DNA from: Candidatus Heimdallarchaeota archaeon
Lineage (GTDB): Archaea; Asgardarchaeota; Heimdallarchaeia; Hodarchaeales; Hodarchaeaceae
Direction of reading: 5' to 3'
Assembly: GCA_011364965.1 (NCBI GenBank)
Contig: RDOB01000004.1
Span: forward strand, 116,360-180,359
DNA length: 64,000 nt
The notes under the pieces were generated by a model. The model did not search any database and was not told where the DNA came from. It saw nothing but the letters and a program-made list of their open reading frames with translations. The translations under genes were made by a program, and so were the position numbers. Positions 19,891 to 28,958 of this stretch are shown one piece after another (within the stretch, counting starts at the first letter, position 1; each line of letters opens with the position of its first letter).

Positions 19891-22296
19891 GTGTTACATT
19901 CATTGATTCGGCAAATTGAGCTTTTGGATACTCTATCAGAGATTCTTGACCTTCAAATTCTAGCAGGCATTTTCACGATCCTGCTAATTTTCGTTTTTTT
20001 CACAGAATTAAGAAAATTTCTCAAATACCGATCCTATCCCGATTTAATGGAATTAAGCGGAGTGGGGTTGATGTTTACTGGATTATTTACTTTAACAGGA
20101 GATATTTTGCTCGCAGGATTGGCTAGTATATTAGCAATGATGCTCATAGGATCTTTTGAGGTAAGAGAAAACCTCATTTGGTTTCGGATGATGCTCACTT
20201 TTACTATATCTTATGGTTTCTTCTTTATCATGGTGATTTTTGGTTTTATAACATCTAAAGCATTTCCAAGCATTGGTGAAAACCTAAAGGGGTTTTTGAT
20301 AACAATCGGATTTGAATCAACTCTTGACATAAACCAATTCTTCGTTGGGATTGGATATAATCTTGTTTTATGGATAATGATCTTAACTGCATTTATTGTC
20401 TTTGGAAAAAGATTCATTATTGTAACAAGGTTCATCAGCCCCCAGATGGTTTATTTAGTGCTCTATCTGATAGCATTAATCTTTGTGTTACAATTAGACT
20501 TACCAGACTTAGCGAAGTATATAGCCATATTCGCTGTCAATATATTGGTTTATCTGGCATCGGGACCGATTTTAACTTTCCTATTTGGAATCAAACCATT
20601 AGAAGATAAGCGAGTGGAAAGAATTATTGAAGAAGTGCAACAAAAAATCCAAACTCCCGTAAGAAAAGTCGGAATAGTGAATGCACCTATTCTTAACGCA
20701 TTTGCATATGGGCCTTGGTTTGATCAAAGGATTGCATATATTACTTCAGAACTTGATAAATTTACTGATAGCGAAATACGGGGAATTACTGCACATGAAC
20801 TTGCTCATGTCAAACGAAGACATACTTTACTTCTACTAGGAATAACTGCTATTGAATTAATTATAAAAGCAATCTTAAATGCTCCAAGTAATTATTGGGA
20901 ATACGTTTTAGGTTCAAATACTACTTGGGATTTCCTAAGCTTTTGGTTATTTAATATTAGCTTATTTGCAGTTTTACTGACGTTTGTCAAAATGTTAGAG
21001 GGACAGGCTGATAAAATAACCCGTGAAGAGGGATTTGGAACTGATCTTGCAGAGTCCTTATACAGATTAGAAGGATTTTATTATGGTATTGCTGGAGAAA
21101 TTGGATTCAATACCCAATTGATGACTGGAAAGACCCGAACGAGAGAGGAAGATATCCGTTTTATGGGTGACGAAGCGTTCTATCTATATAAGAATCTTGC
21201 TCCAAGTAGAATGACCTGTTTTATGAACCTGATAGCATCCCATCCCTTAACATCTATCAGACTATCAATGCAAGTTGATAAATCTATCGGAGCCATTAAA
21301 GCTGGATTCATGATATGGTTCTTACTACTTCCGGGATTGAGAAAACGGACTATTAAGAAACTCCAAAGTAACCACTTAAAAGTTGCAGGAATGTTATCAA
21401 ATAAATATTCGCGCGATTTTGGAACAATTAAAGAATATAATGAAATAACTTTTGAAGAAGCTCCCTTTAAGTATTATATTGGTCATTTTGTTTTAGCAAA
21501 ATCCTGGTTAATTGATGGAGAGGCACATTGGGGAAAAATGGTTGGATACAGAATAACAGAGGATATCGTTTCTCCAATAATTTTTGACTTAGAGTTGATG
21601 AATGGATCAACGATTTCGATCAGAAAAAGTGATTACTCTCTAATTATGGCAGAACCGAAGCATCAATATTTTACTAAGCAAGGGAAGATCGTTACACTTG
21701 AAAATATCGAGTTAAAAGACGGAAAATTTAAGAAATTCGAATTTTCCTCAAACGGAAAGAATTTTCATTCAAATACAATAGGATTTGCGGTAAAAGAGCT
21801 TGAGAACCATCAAAACTGGTTTGTGTACAAACAAGGAGTTATTAACGCTTGGAAATTAGATAATTTAGAGATTAATGAATCATTTCAGAATTCAAAATTC
21901 CTTTTCCTAGAAGAAGATAAAAAATATGAATTCACTGGTAAGGAGCTTGTAGCATTAGTACCACCCCAATTTCAAATGATTTATGCTAAAAACTGGGAAA
22001 AGGAAAAATTCTTCTTTAAAAGACTACAATTACTGAAAGAACCGATAATTCTTTATGATAAAGAAGATATAGATATAGGAGCCCCTTGTCTAATATCTGG
22101 AGTTAACTTTGAAGATAAAACAATCTCAATAATTGAGAATGGAAAGCAAAGAGAATTAAATATTAAAAAAATTGATGCAATAGTATTGGATTATCCTTTC
22201 TATTTTCTTTCTTTCAAAAAGGAAATGGGTTTCACTAATGTCTTATCTCTAAAATTATTTAATCGTGGAGCCAAAGCTAAATATATTGGGGTGTAA
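19891..22296 (+). CDS. Large M48-family (HtpX/Ste24-like) membrane zinc metalloprotease
   Basis: NAFAYG, AHELAH (HExxH), EGQAD and SHP..SIRL; multi-TM N-terminus; soluble C-terminal extension. Confidence 0.85.
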   Translation: MLHSLIRQIELLDTLSEILDLQILAGIFTILLIFVFFTELRKFLKYRSYPDLMELSGVGLMFTGLFTLTGDILLAGLASILAMMLIGSFEVRENLIWFRMMLTFTISYGFFFIMVIFGFITSKAFPSIGENLKGFLITIGFESTLDINQFFVGIGYNLVLWIMILTAFIVFGKRFIIVTRFISPQMVYLVLYLIALIFVLQLDLPDLAKYIAIFAVNILVYLASGPILTFLFGIKPLEDKRVERIIEEVQQKIQTPVRKVGIVNAPILNAFAYGPWFDQRIAYITSELDKFTDSEIRGITAHELAHVKRRHTLLLLGITAIELIIKAILNAPSNYWEYVLGSNTTWDFLSFWLFNISLFAVLLTFVKMLEGQADKITREEGFGTDLAESLYRLEGFYYGIAGEIGFNTQLMTGKTRTREEDIRFMGDEAFYLYKNLAPSRMTCFMNLIASHPLTSIRLSMQVDKSIGAIKAGFMIWFLLLPGLRKRTIKKLQSNHLKVAGMLSNKYSRDFGTIKEYNEITFEEAPFKYYIGHFVLAKSWLIDGEAHWGKMVGYRITEDIVSPIIFDLELMNGSTISIRKSDYSLIMAEPKHQYFTKQGKIVTLENIELKDGKFKKFEFSSNGKNFHSNTIGFAVKELENHQNWFVYKQGVINAWKLDNLEINESFQNSKFLFLEEDKKYEFTGKELVALVPPQFQMIYAKNWEKEKFFFKRLQLLKEPIILYDKEDIDIGAPCLISGVNFEDKTISIIENGKQRELNIKKIDAIVLDYPFYFLSFKKEMGFTNVLSLKLFNRGAKAKYIGV

Positions 22297-22301
22297 AAGG
22301 A

Positions 22302-23555
22302 TCACTCCTTAATTTTAAAAATTTCAGTATAAAGTTCATTAGCTCGCTCTCCTCTCTCAACAAGAGATTCCTTGAATTGAGCTAATTCTTTTTCTTTCAG
22401 CTTTATATCCTCATCGTTTTCTGCGATTTTTACTTTAAGTTCCTCCATTTGAGATTCAAGATCTGTAAGCTTTTTATTTATTTCAATATACTCTGGTGTT
22501 TTCTCATTGCTAATTTGAGCTGCTTCCAAAGTCTTCCATTCCTCCTTCATCTTATTCATTTTTCCACTCTTTATCTGATTCAGCTCTTGTCGTAGATTAT
22601 TGATATCCTTTTGTTTCAATTTTAACTCAGTTTCCCCAATTTTCAGCAATTCCTCAATTAAAGCGGTAATTTCTGGGTTCTCATCGGTTTCAGTTAAAAA
22701 TCTCTGAACAGGGTCTTCTTCATAAGACAGTGCTGCATTTACAAGTCCAAAATCCCCCGAAAATGTTCCACGTTGAATCTCTCTTGCATATTTCTTAAAT
22801 ATTTTTTTGAACGAATTTAAATGCTTACCCAACTCAATTTCAAGCTCTCTCATTCTAATTGTCCGTTGCCTAGATGACTTAATCAAGATATTTTCAAGAT
22901 ACAGAGAAATTTGTTTTTCAATTTCTATCTCTTCTCTCTTTAATGTTTCAAGACGATTTTGAGCTTCCATCAATTCGTTTTTTGTGTCTTGAATATTATC
23001 ATCTAATGTATTGACTTCAGTTATAATGTCCCTTAAGTCCTCAATAGTTTTAATTATTTGATATTCATTTTTCTGGAGTTCACGAAGCGTAGATAACTCT
23101 GATGCCAACTTTCCAATGGGTACATAAACAGAACGCTTTTTTAGCATGAAATCTAAACCCATTATTGAATCAGTTTGTTTTGTTTCCTGATTTACATCAT
23201 TTATCAATCTAGAAAAGGTTCGAATGAATTGATTGAATTCTGAGGAGGTGAATTGATGATTAGGATCAGGTACATCAAAATCATTGAATTTATCAGCAAG
23301 AAGATGTACCAATCGATTTATTGCTTTTAATGAGTTAAAATAAATTTTACCTTTTTTAGTGATTTTTTTTACTCCCTCCTCGGTCAATTGAGGATCCGTT
23401 TCTTCAATGAGACTTTTACATCCTTCTTTGACTTTGTCAGTATTTTTAACAATTGATTCTCTTATTTTTTTGCTGTTATTGTAAGCATTTGAAATTTCTT
23501 TCTTTTTTTGGTCTTCAATTTGCTCAATATACCCTAAAATCTCTTTTTCTAACAT
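22302..23555 (-). CDS. Coiled-coil hypothetical protein
   Basis: E/K-rich heptad stretches flank a central globular segment. No ATPase motif. Confidence 0.8.
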   Translation of the reverse strand: MLEKEILGYIEQIEDQKKKEISNAYNNSKKIRESIVKNTDKVKEGCKSLIEETDPQLTEEGVKKITKKGKIYFNSLKAINRLVHLLADKFNDFDVPDPNHQFTSSEFNQFIRTFSRLINDVNQETKQTDSIMGLDFMLKKRSVYVPIGKLASELSTLRELQKNEYQIIKTIEDLRDIITEVNTLDDNIQDTKNELMEAQNRLETLKREEIEIEKQISLYLENILIKSSRQRTIRMRELEIELGKHLNSFKKIFKKYAREIQRGTFSGDFGLVNAALSYEEDPVQRFLTETDENPEITALIEELLKIGETELKLKQKDINNLRQELNQIKSGKMNKMKEEWKTLEAAQISNEKTPEYIEINKKLTDLESQMEELKVKIAENDEDIKLKEKELAQFKESLVERGERANELYTEIFKIKE

Positions 23556-23562
23556 AGGTTTC

Positions 23563-23958
23563 TCATCTGCCCTTTTTTGCCTCGTAAATTGAAGTTAGAA
23601 ATAGTTCATCGAGTTTTGTAATCATAATCTCTAAGTATGGATCTCCTGTTCCTTTATCTCTGATACCAATTGTGATGTGATTAACTTCCCCATCAACAAT
23701 ATCCGCGAAATTTAAACCCAGAGGCGATGTACTGGCATTTTCCCAAATCTGAGGTAAAATAGCAGATAATTGCTCAAATTCAACTGCTTCCATATCAACA
23801 ATTGATCCCTCTCTTCTTTTTAACCCAGTTAATGGAAACCCATTTTCATCGCTAACAAATGATGAAATAACTTTATGCTTACCTTCTCCTGTTAACATCT
23901 GTTTTGATAAAATGGCACGAAGAGATAAGCGCATTTGGTCTTCCAGATTTTGACCCAT
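23563..23958 (-). CDS. Roadblock/LC7 (MglB/LAMTOR-like) domain protein
   Basis: Helix, then VISSFVSDENGFPL beta-hairpin, helix (FEQLSAILP) and three strands; 131 aa. Confidence 0.6.
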   Translation of the reverse strand: MGQNLEDQMRLSLRAILSKQMLTGEGKHKVISSFVSDENGFPLTGLKRREGSIVDMEAVEFEQLSAILPQIWENASTSPLGLNFADIVDGEVNHITIGIRDKGTGDPYLEIMITKLDELFLTSIYEAKKGR

Positions 23959-24172
23959 TTTTTTATCCTCTCTAGTTTTATTATACTCTTTAATGTTAGC
24001 GTTTCGTCATCTAAAGGATGAAATGAGATTCTTAAGAATTTTTGGCGAACGGCATTCTATGAAGGAAAAAAATCATGGTTCGAAAAGATAATATTTTCAA
24101 AGAAAGTCGATGGCACATGGCTAAGATTCCTCAGCCAAGAGATGTCAATTTAGTAATCGGCGCGTAAAACTC

Positions 24173-27100
24173 ATGGTTACACTTAAGTATTCATTAAGAA
24201 AGTGTTTTCTAGTTATTCAGTGCTTTTTTATATTAAGCTTAGTAGTTCTCCCAGTATCATCTTTTTCAGGGTTTAATATCAATTTAAGTTTGAAAGATAC
24301 ATCTTCTGGTCTCTCCTCAACAGATATGGATCAAAATACTATTCTGAATTCTATTTCAACGAACGAGGATTTAGCTGAAAATCTAACTTTCGATCTTGAG
24401 GAATTACTGAATTATATTGATGGTTTACACAACTCTCAAGTTGGTATATTCAAAGAAGCCGCTAATGGTTACGAAACATCAATTGCAACTTTTGAAGCAC
24501 TTTCCACTTTGAGGTTTTTTGGGTTAGATTATCATTTGTTTGGAAACGATTGGCAACTTCGAGAAGATAAAATCTCAACTAAATTGATAATAGATTTATT
24601 AGATAGTTCTGGCGGATTCTTACTAACAGAAGAATCTTCAAAACCTACATTAGAGGGAACTTATGGTGTTGTTTCAGCTTTGTGGATAATGTATGAAGTT
24701 TCCCCTACTAAACTAAAAGGAAAAGCCTCTGCTTTAATGGATTTTGTTATTAATGACACTTATGACAAGGAAATCGGAGCCTTTGCTGAAACAAATCAAG
24801 AAGCTTCTCTTGAGGCCACATTCAAAGCACTAACTATCCTCGATCTTATACAAAAAACAGCTGTAATTCCAGCCTATATTGATGAAACGATTACTCCAAG
24901 AGTTAATAATACGGTATATGAGTTTATGAAAAACTATACGGAGGATTTATCATTATTCATTAATGGTAATTTTGTAAATGGAACACATTTTGATTCTTAT
25001 AATCCATTAAATACACCTCTAGAGGATACATGGTATGCATTACAATCTATTGCGGTGTTAGAAAGATTTAATGAAGATTTAGGATTATCTATGACAGAAA
25101 ATCTTCAGTATTATAAGGATTCTGTTGTTAATTGGCTTAAAAATTTGCAAAAAACCTCAGGAGAAACACAAGGTGGTTTTGGTATAAAAGAATTTGCCAC
25201 AGTAACAGAAACTGGTTATAGTTTTGCAATTCTAAACCTTCTTAATTCAACAGATATGGTGGATCGTAAAAAAGCAATTTCATTCATTTACGCTTCACAA
25301 TTTCTTAAAAGAGAGAATAGAACGTATTCAACCGTTGAAGAAGAGCAAATTGGGGGATTTGGTCCTAATAATCTGACTTATTCCAGCAAAACAGAGAATC
25401 ATAGAATCAATGTACATGATACATATTTTGCCAGTCTATCCCTGCTTTTATCAGGAGCGATTTTTGAATCCACAGAAACTAGTATAATAACAAGCCGATA
25501 CAAAGAACAGAGTTCTATAAATAAAACTAATCTAATAATTCAAGGAGAACTCGCTACTATTGAATTAAGTTTTAAAGTGTACAATTTTAAAACCCATGGT
25601 TCTCTGGATCTATCCACAACGGTTGATAACTGGAATCTGTCTTATTCTTCATATAGAGAAACAAATCCTACTTTCAGAGGAAAATCAAGCGCCATTTATA
25701 GCATTCAACTAGAGAATGATTCTGAATCGAATTTCAATTGGACATTGGGTGGCCATCTTATAGCAAACAAAATTTCTATCCGTCATCTCCCAGTGATTAA
25801 ATCACCAAGCTATTTGTTAAACGATATACTCTTTGTTTCGTATAAATCTTTGGTGCATTTCAATCAATCAACAATTGCTCCAGGAGATAATATCTCAACA
25901 ACAATTTACTATCAAAATAAATCAATCAATTCTTTCGAGATATTCAATATAACATCTGGATTGGTAAGTGCAACCCTTACCAAAGCTAATGCAGAAGAAG
26001 AAGTACTTTTTATTGATAAAACAATCAATGAGACAATAGGGGCAATTAAAATCTTTATTAACATTTCTAAGCAAGCAGTGCTTGGAACTTGGAGCTTAAA
26101 CCTGACATATCAGCAATCAAGCTTTATATTAATGTCTATTTTCAAAATAGAAGTAACAGATACAATTATGCTATACAATATTGATGGTTTACCAGAATAT
26201 TACCCAGGAGAATTTATGAATCTTAATGTATCGTTGAAATACTCGAGTGGCCAATTTACACCTAAAGCTAATGCTACTATAGCCTTTATTAGTAATTCAA
26301 CGAGTAATGAGGTATTTTACTTGAATTTAAGACATTCTAATGGCAATATATATACTGCTATGGAACAAGAATGTCCTAGAAGATATCTAAAGGGTTTCTA
26401 TAATATTTCAGTCAAATTTACTTGGAATTCTTCCTCCTCTATCCAACCAAAATCAGTTAAGAATGATAGCTTGCGTACAATTCAAATCGGAGGGGAAGCA
26501 GTTTTATCAGAAGTGGAATTGTCTTCAGATCAGAGAGGAAATCTTACTTTTGTTGCTAATAACATAATTTATTTTGGAGAGACAATAAATTTATCATTAA
26601 CAATCGGATTTATTACTGATTCAGGAATAAACTATAGAACAAATGATACTATTAATATTAAGGGAGGTTTGATAAATAACTCTATCCCCAAGGCCTATAT
26701 TCAACTCTTAAATACAATTATTGATAATGACTCAATAGTTTTGAGAGGCATGATCAGTACAAATTTACCCAAAGAGACATTTGGCTCAAGATTTCAGATA
26801 AAATCAGAATGGAATGGCTCCTATATCTATCTATTGGATCCAAATAATATTAATAGATCAATAGGGTATAATTTTACCTTGGATGGACAATTTCTTATCT
26901 CAGATATAAATTACATAGGAGGTACTTTATCAAGAGGGCTATTTACCTATGCTTTGGATACTACAACCACAGTTATAATATCTTTTCGAGTAGTTAATGG
27001 AAAATTAGATAATATCAGCATTGCAAATTTAAATCTCTATGCAATATTAGATATACTAGACGATGAATCAGATTTAATCAATCAAACCCTCCCCAGTATT

Positions 27101-27361
27101 ACTGAAGGACGAGATGCCAATGATACATCCATATACTTCCTTTCTGTTCCGATAACAAATTTAAAACCTAAAGATTACCAGATATCGCTTTATACTAAAA
27201 CTGCTTTTTCCAAGAATCTATTGATAGGGCAGCTACTTCCTGGTATGAAAATAGTAACGAAACTCTCCCCTCAACCACTTTTTCAAGTTCATGAAGTCTT
27301 AATTCTTATAGGAGTCGGTTTTCTTGCTATTCTTCTATATTTGAATCTAAAACGGGGGTAA
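24173..27361 (+). CDS. Large membrane-anchored surface glycoprotein with prenyltransferase/squalene-cyclase-type alpha/alpha repeats and Ig-like domains
   Basis: Signal peptide; repeats such as GGF...TLEGTYGVVSAL, GAF...SLEATFKALTIL and GGFG..TVTETGYSFAIL; many N-x-S/T sequons; C-terminal TM followed by KRG. Confidence 0.75.
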   Translation: MVTLKYSLRKCFLVIQCFFILSLVVLPVSSFSGFNINLSLKDTSSGLSSTDMDQNTILNSISTNEDLAENLTFDLEELLNYIDGLHNSQVGIFKEAANGYETSIATFEALSTLRFFGLDYHLFGNDWQLREDKISTKLIIDLLDSSGGFLLTEESSKPTLEGTYGVVSALWIMYEVSPTKLKGKASALMDFVINDTYDKEIGAFAETNQEASLEATFKALTILDLIQKTAVIPAYIDETITPRVNNTVYEFMKNYTEDLSLFINGNFVNGTHFDSYNPLNTPLEDTWYALQSIAVLERFNEDLGLSMTENLQYYKDSVVNWLKNLQKTSGETQGGFGIKEFATVTETGYSFAILNLLNSTDMVDRKKAISFIYASQFLKRENRTYSTVEEEQIGGFGPNNLTYSSKTENHRINVHDTYFASLSLLLSGAIFESTETSIITSRYKEQSSINKTNLIIQGELATIELSFKVYNFKTHGSLDLSTTVDNWNLSYSSYRETNPTFRGKSSAIYSIQLENDSESNFNWTLGGHLIANKISIRHLPVIKSPSYLLNDILFVSYKSLVHFNQSTIAPGDNISTTIYYQNKSINSFEIFNITSGLVSATLTKANAEEEVLFIDKTINETIGAIKIFINISKQAVLGTWSLNLTYQQSSFILMSIFKIEVTDTIMLYNIDGLPEYYPGEFMNLNVSLKYSSGQFTPKANATIAFISNSTSNEVFYLNLRHSNGNIYTAMEQECPRRYLKGFYNISVKFTWNSSSSIQPKSVKNDSLRTIQIGGEAVLSEVELSSDQRGNLTFVANNIIYFGETINLSLTIGFITDSGINYRTNDTINIKGGLINNSIPKAYIQLLNTIIDNDSIVLRGMISTNLPKETFGSRFQIKSEWNGSYIYLLDPNNINRSIGYNFTLDGQFLISDINYIGGTLSRGLFTYALDTTTTVIISFRVVNGKLDNISIANLNLYAILDILDDESDLINQTLPSITEGRDANDTSIYFLSVPITNLKPKDYQISLYTKTAFSKNLLIGQLLPGMKIVTKLSPQPLFQVHEVLILIGVGFLAILLYLNLKRG

Positions 27362-27731
27362 TTTGCCTGCTAATATTCGAGATCCAATCTTCAATAAACT
27401 TAATGAAATCATTAATGGCAGACCTAGAAATATGAGGAAAATGAATTCCTAACAGTACAATAGTGTTTTTACGAGTATTTTTAGCAATAAGACGGGCAAT
27501 CAGACCAGCTAGCTCACCATCTCGATGTGAGGGAACTGAAAAACTGTTGCAATTGGCTGAATTATCTCCATTTCTACGAGTATAGGGAAAACCAACTCCT
27601 ATTCCTCCTAGATGGTCATTAGGGCCAATTATTTCAACAACAAGTCCATCACCTTTTAGATAGAAAATCCCCTTTATTTTAAATCTGAGATATTCCGATT
27701 CAAAAGTAGCAATCTTTTTCAAAGATTTCAA
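27327..27731 (-). CDS. LpdD-like (prenylated-flavin chaperone / PAC4-like) small protein
   Basis: HLGGIG, PSHRDGELA and LGIH motifs. Confidence 0.65.
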   Translation of the reverse strand: MKSLKKIATFESEYLRFKIKGIFYLKGDGLVVEIIGPNDHLGGIGVGFPYTRRNGDNSANCNSFSVPSHRDGELAGLIARLIAKNTRKNTIVLLGIHFPHISRSAINDFIKFIEDWISNISRQITPVLDSNIEE

Positions 27732-27771
27732 CTCATTGAAATCAATTTTTGAATTTTAATTCCGAATTTTA

Positions 27772-28254
27772 TTAATCAGCTTCTTCAGATGCATTTTCCT
27801 GCATATTATGCTTTTTTTCTTGCAATGATTTGATTTCAGAGTTAAGAAATCCCAGTTTAGTCTCTAGAGTTCGCAGATTGGTGGTTAATGTCGATTTGTT
27901 TGCATTTAATTCTTTTATTGTCTGATTCAGAGATTGTATTTCTGTTTTCGAATACTCAAGTTCACGGTTCAAGTCCGAAATTTTTTCAGAGTTTGATGTT
28001 CTTCTCAATTCGAATGAAGGGATATCATCATCGATCGTCTGTAAGTGAGAATTCAATTCCTCTATCTTGGACTTAAAAGATTCTTCTTTTTCTGTAAACA
28101 TTTTTTGCAGATCCTGCAGATCTTTTTGAAGCTCTTCTATTGATTTTCCTTTCCGTTGGGGAGAATCTTCAACTAGCTGCTCAACTCCTGGTGGTGAACA
28201 GACTGGACATGGTGGTCTAATAAAGTAAGATCCACATCTTGGACATTTTGGCAT
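27772..28254 (-). CDS. Zn-ribbon + coiled-coil protein
   Basis: CPRCGSY..PCPVC followed by ~120 aa of heptads. Confidence 0.8.
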   Translation of the reverse strand: MPKCPRCGSYFIRPPCPVCSPPGVEQLVEDSPQRKGKSIEELQKDLQDLQKMFTEKEESFKSKIEELNSHLQTIDDDIPSFELRRTSNSEKISDLNRELEYSKTEIQSLNQTIKELNANKSTLTTNLRTLETKLGFLNSEIKSLQEKKHNMQENASEEAD

Positions 28255-28255
28255 C

Positions 28256-28732
28256 TTATGTCACTCCTACCTCACTTTTAAGATTGGATAATTCTCTTTC
28301 TTTATCTGTTATGATCTGTTCCAAAGAATTAATTTTTTGGTTCAATACTTTTATTTCTTGTTCTATTTTATGTTTTTCAACAGTAGCTCCTTGCTTTTCT
28401 TCCTGTTGGGTCTGAAGAGCTATTGTCAACTCACTTATTTTAGAATCAGAGAGAGATAATTCCTTTTTTGTCTGTTTTCTTACTTCTTCCCGTTCTGTTA
28501 CATGTTCTGTTATATTTTTAATCTCAGCTTCCGATACTTCTGTTAAAGTTTGAATTTTCTCCTTCAAATCATCTAATGCTTCAATTAACTCAATAGGATC
28601 AACCATTCTGACAGTTTTCTTTTCTTTGACCTCAATTGTCCTCACAGGAGAATCAGGTGAATCATCTGGTGTACAAAATGGACAAGAAATTTCACTATAA
28701 TAGGATCCACATTTTTCACAAATTGGAGACAT
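28256..28732 (-). CDS. Zn-ribbon + coiled-coil protein (paralog of its neighbour)
   Basis: CEKCGSY..SCPFC followed by heptads. Start placed at ATG 28732 by comparison with the paralog. Confidence 0.8.
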   Translation of the reverse strand: MSPICEKCGSYYSEISCPFCTPDDSPDSPVRTIEVKEKKTVRMVDPIELIEALDDLKEKIQTLTEVSEAEIKNITEHVTEREEVRKQTKKELSLSDSKISELTIALQTQQEEKQGATVEKHKIEQEIKVLNQKINSLEQIITDKERELSNLKSEVGVT

Positions 28733-28958
28733 CTTTATCAGCTCAAATAATTGTTTGTTTGCTACCAAATCTGAAATAGTCTAAAATAACCTTCTAGATA
28801 GGTAATTTTCAGTCTTGTATGGAATATAACTTCAATAGATAGCTTTTAACCCTTTTCATTTAATAGGTTCTATAAAAAATATTTATTCAATTAAATTCTT
28901 TTGAGCTATATTAACAAGAAGAATGAGATAACAAAAATTGGCTTGGAGAAAATAATTT

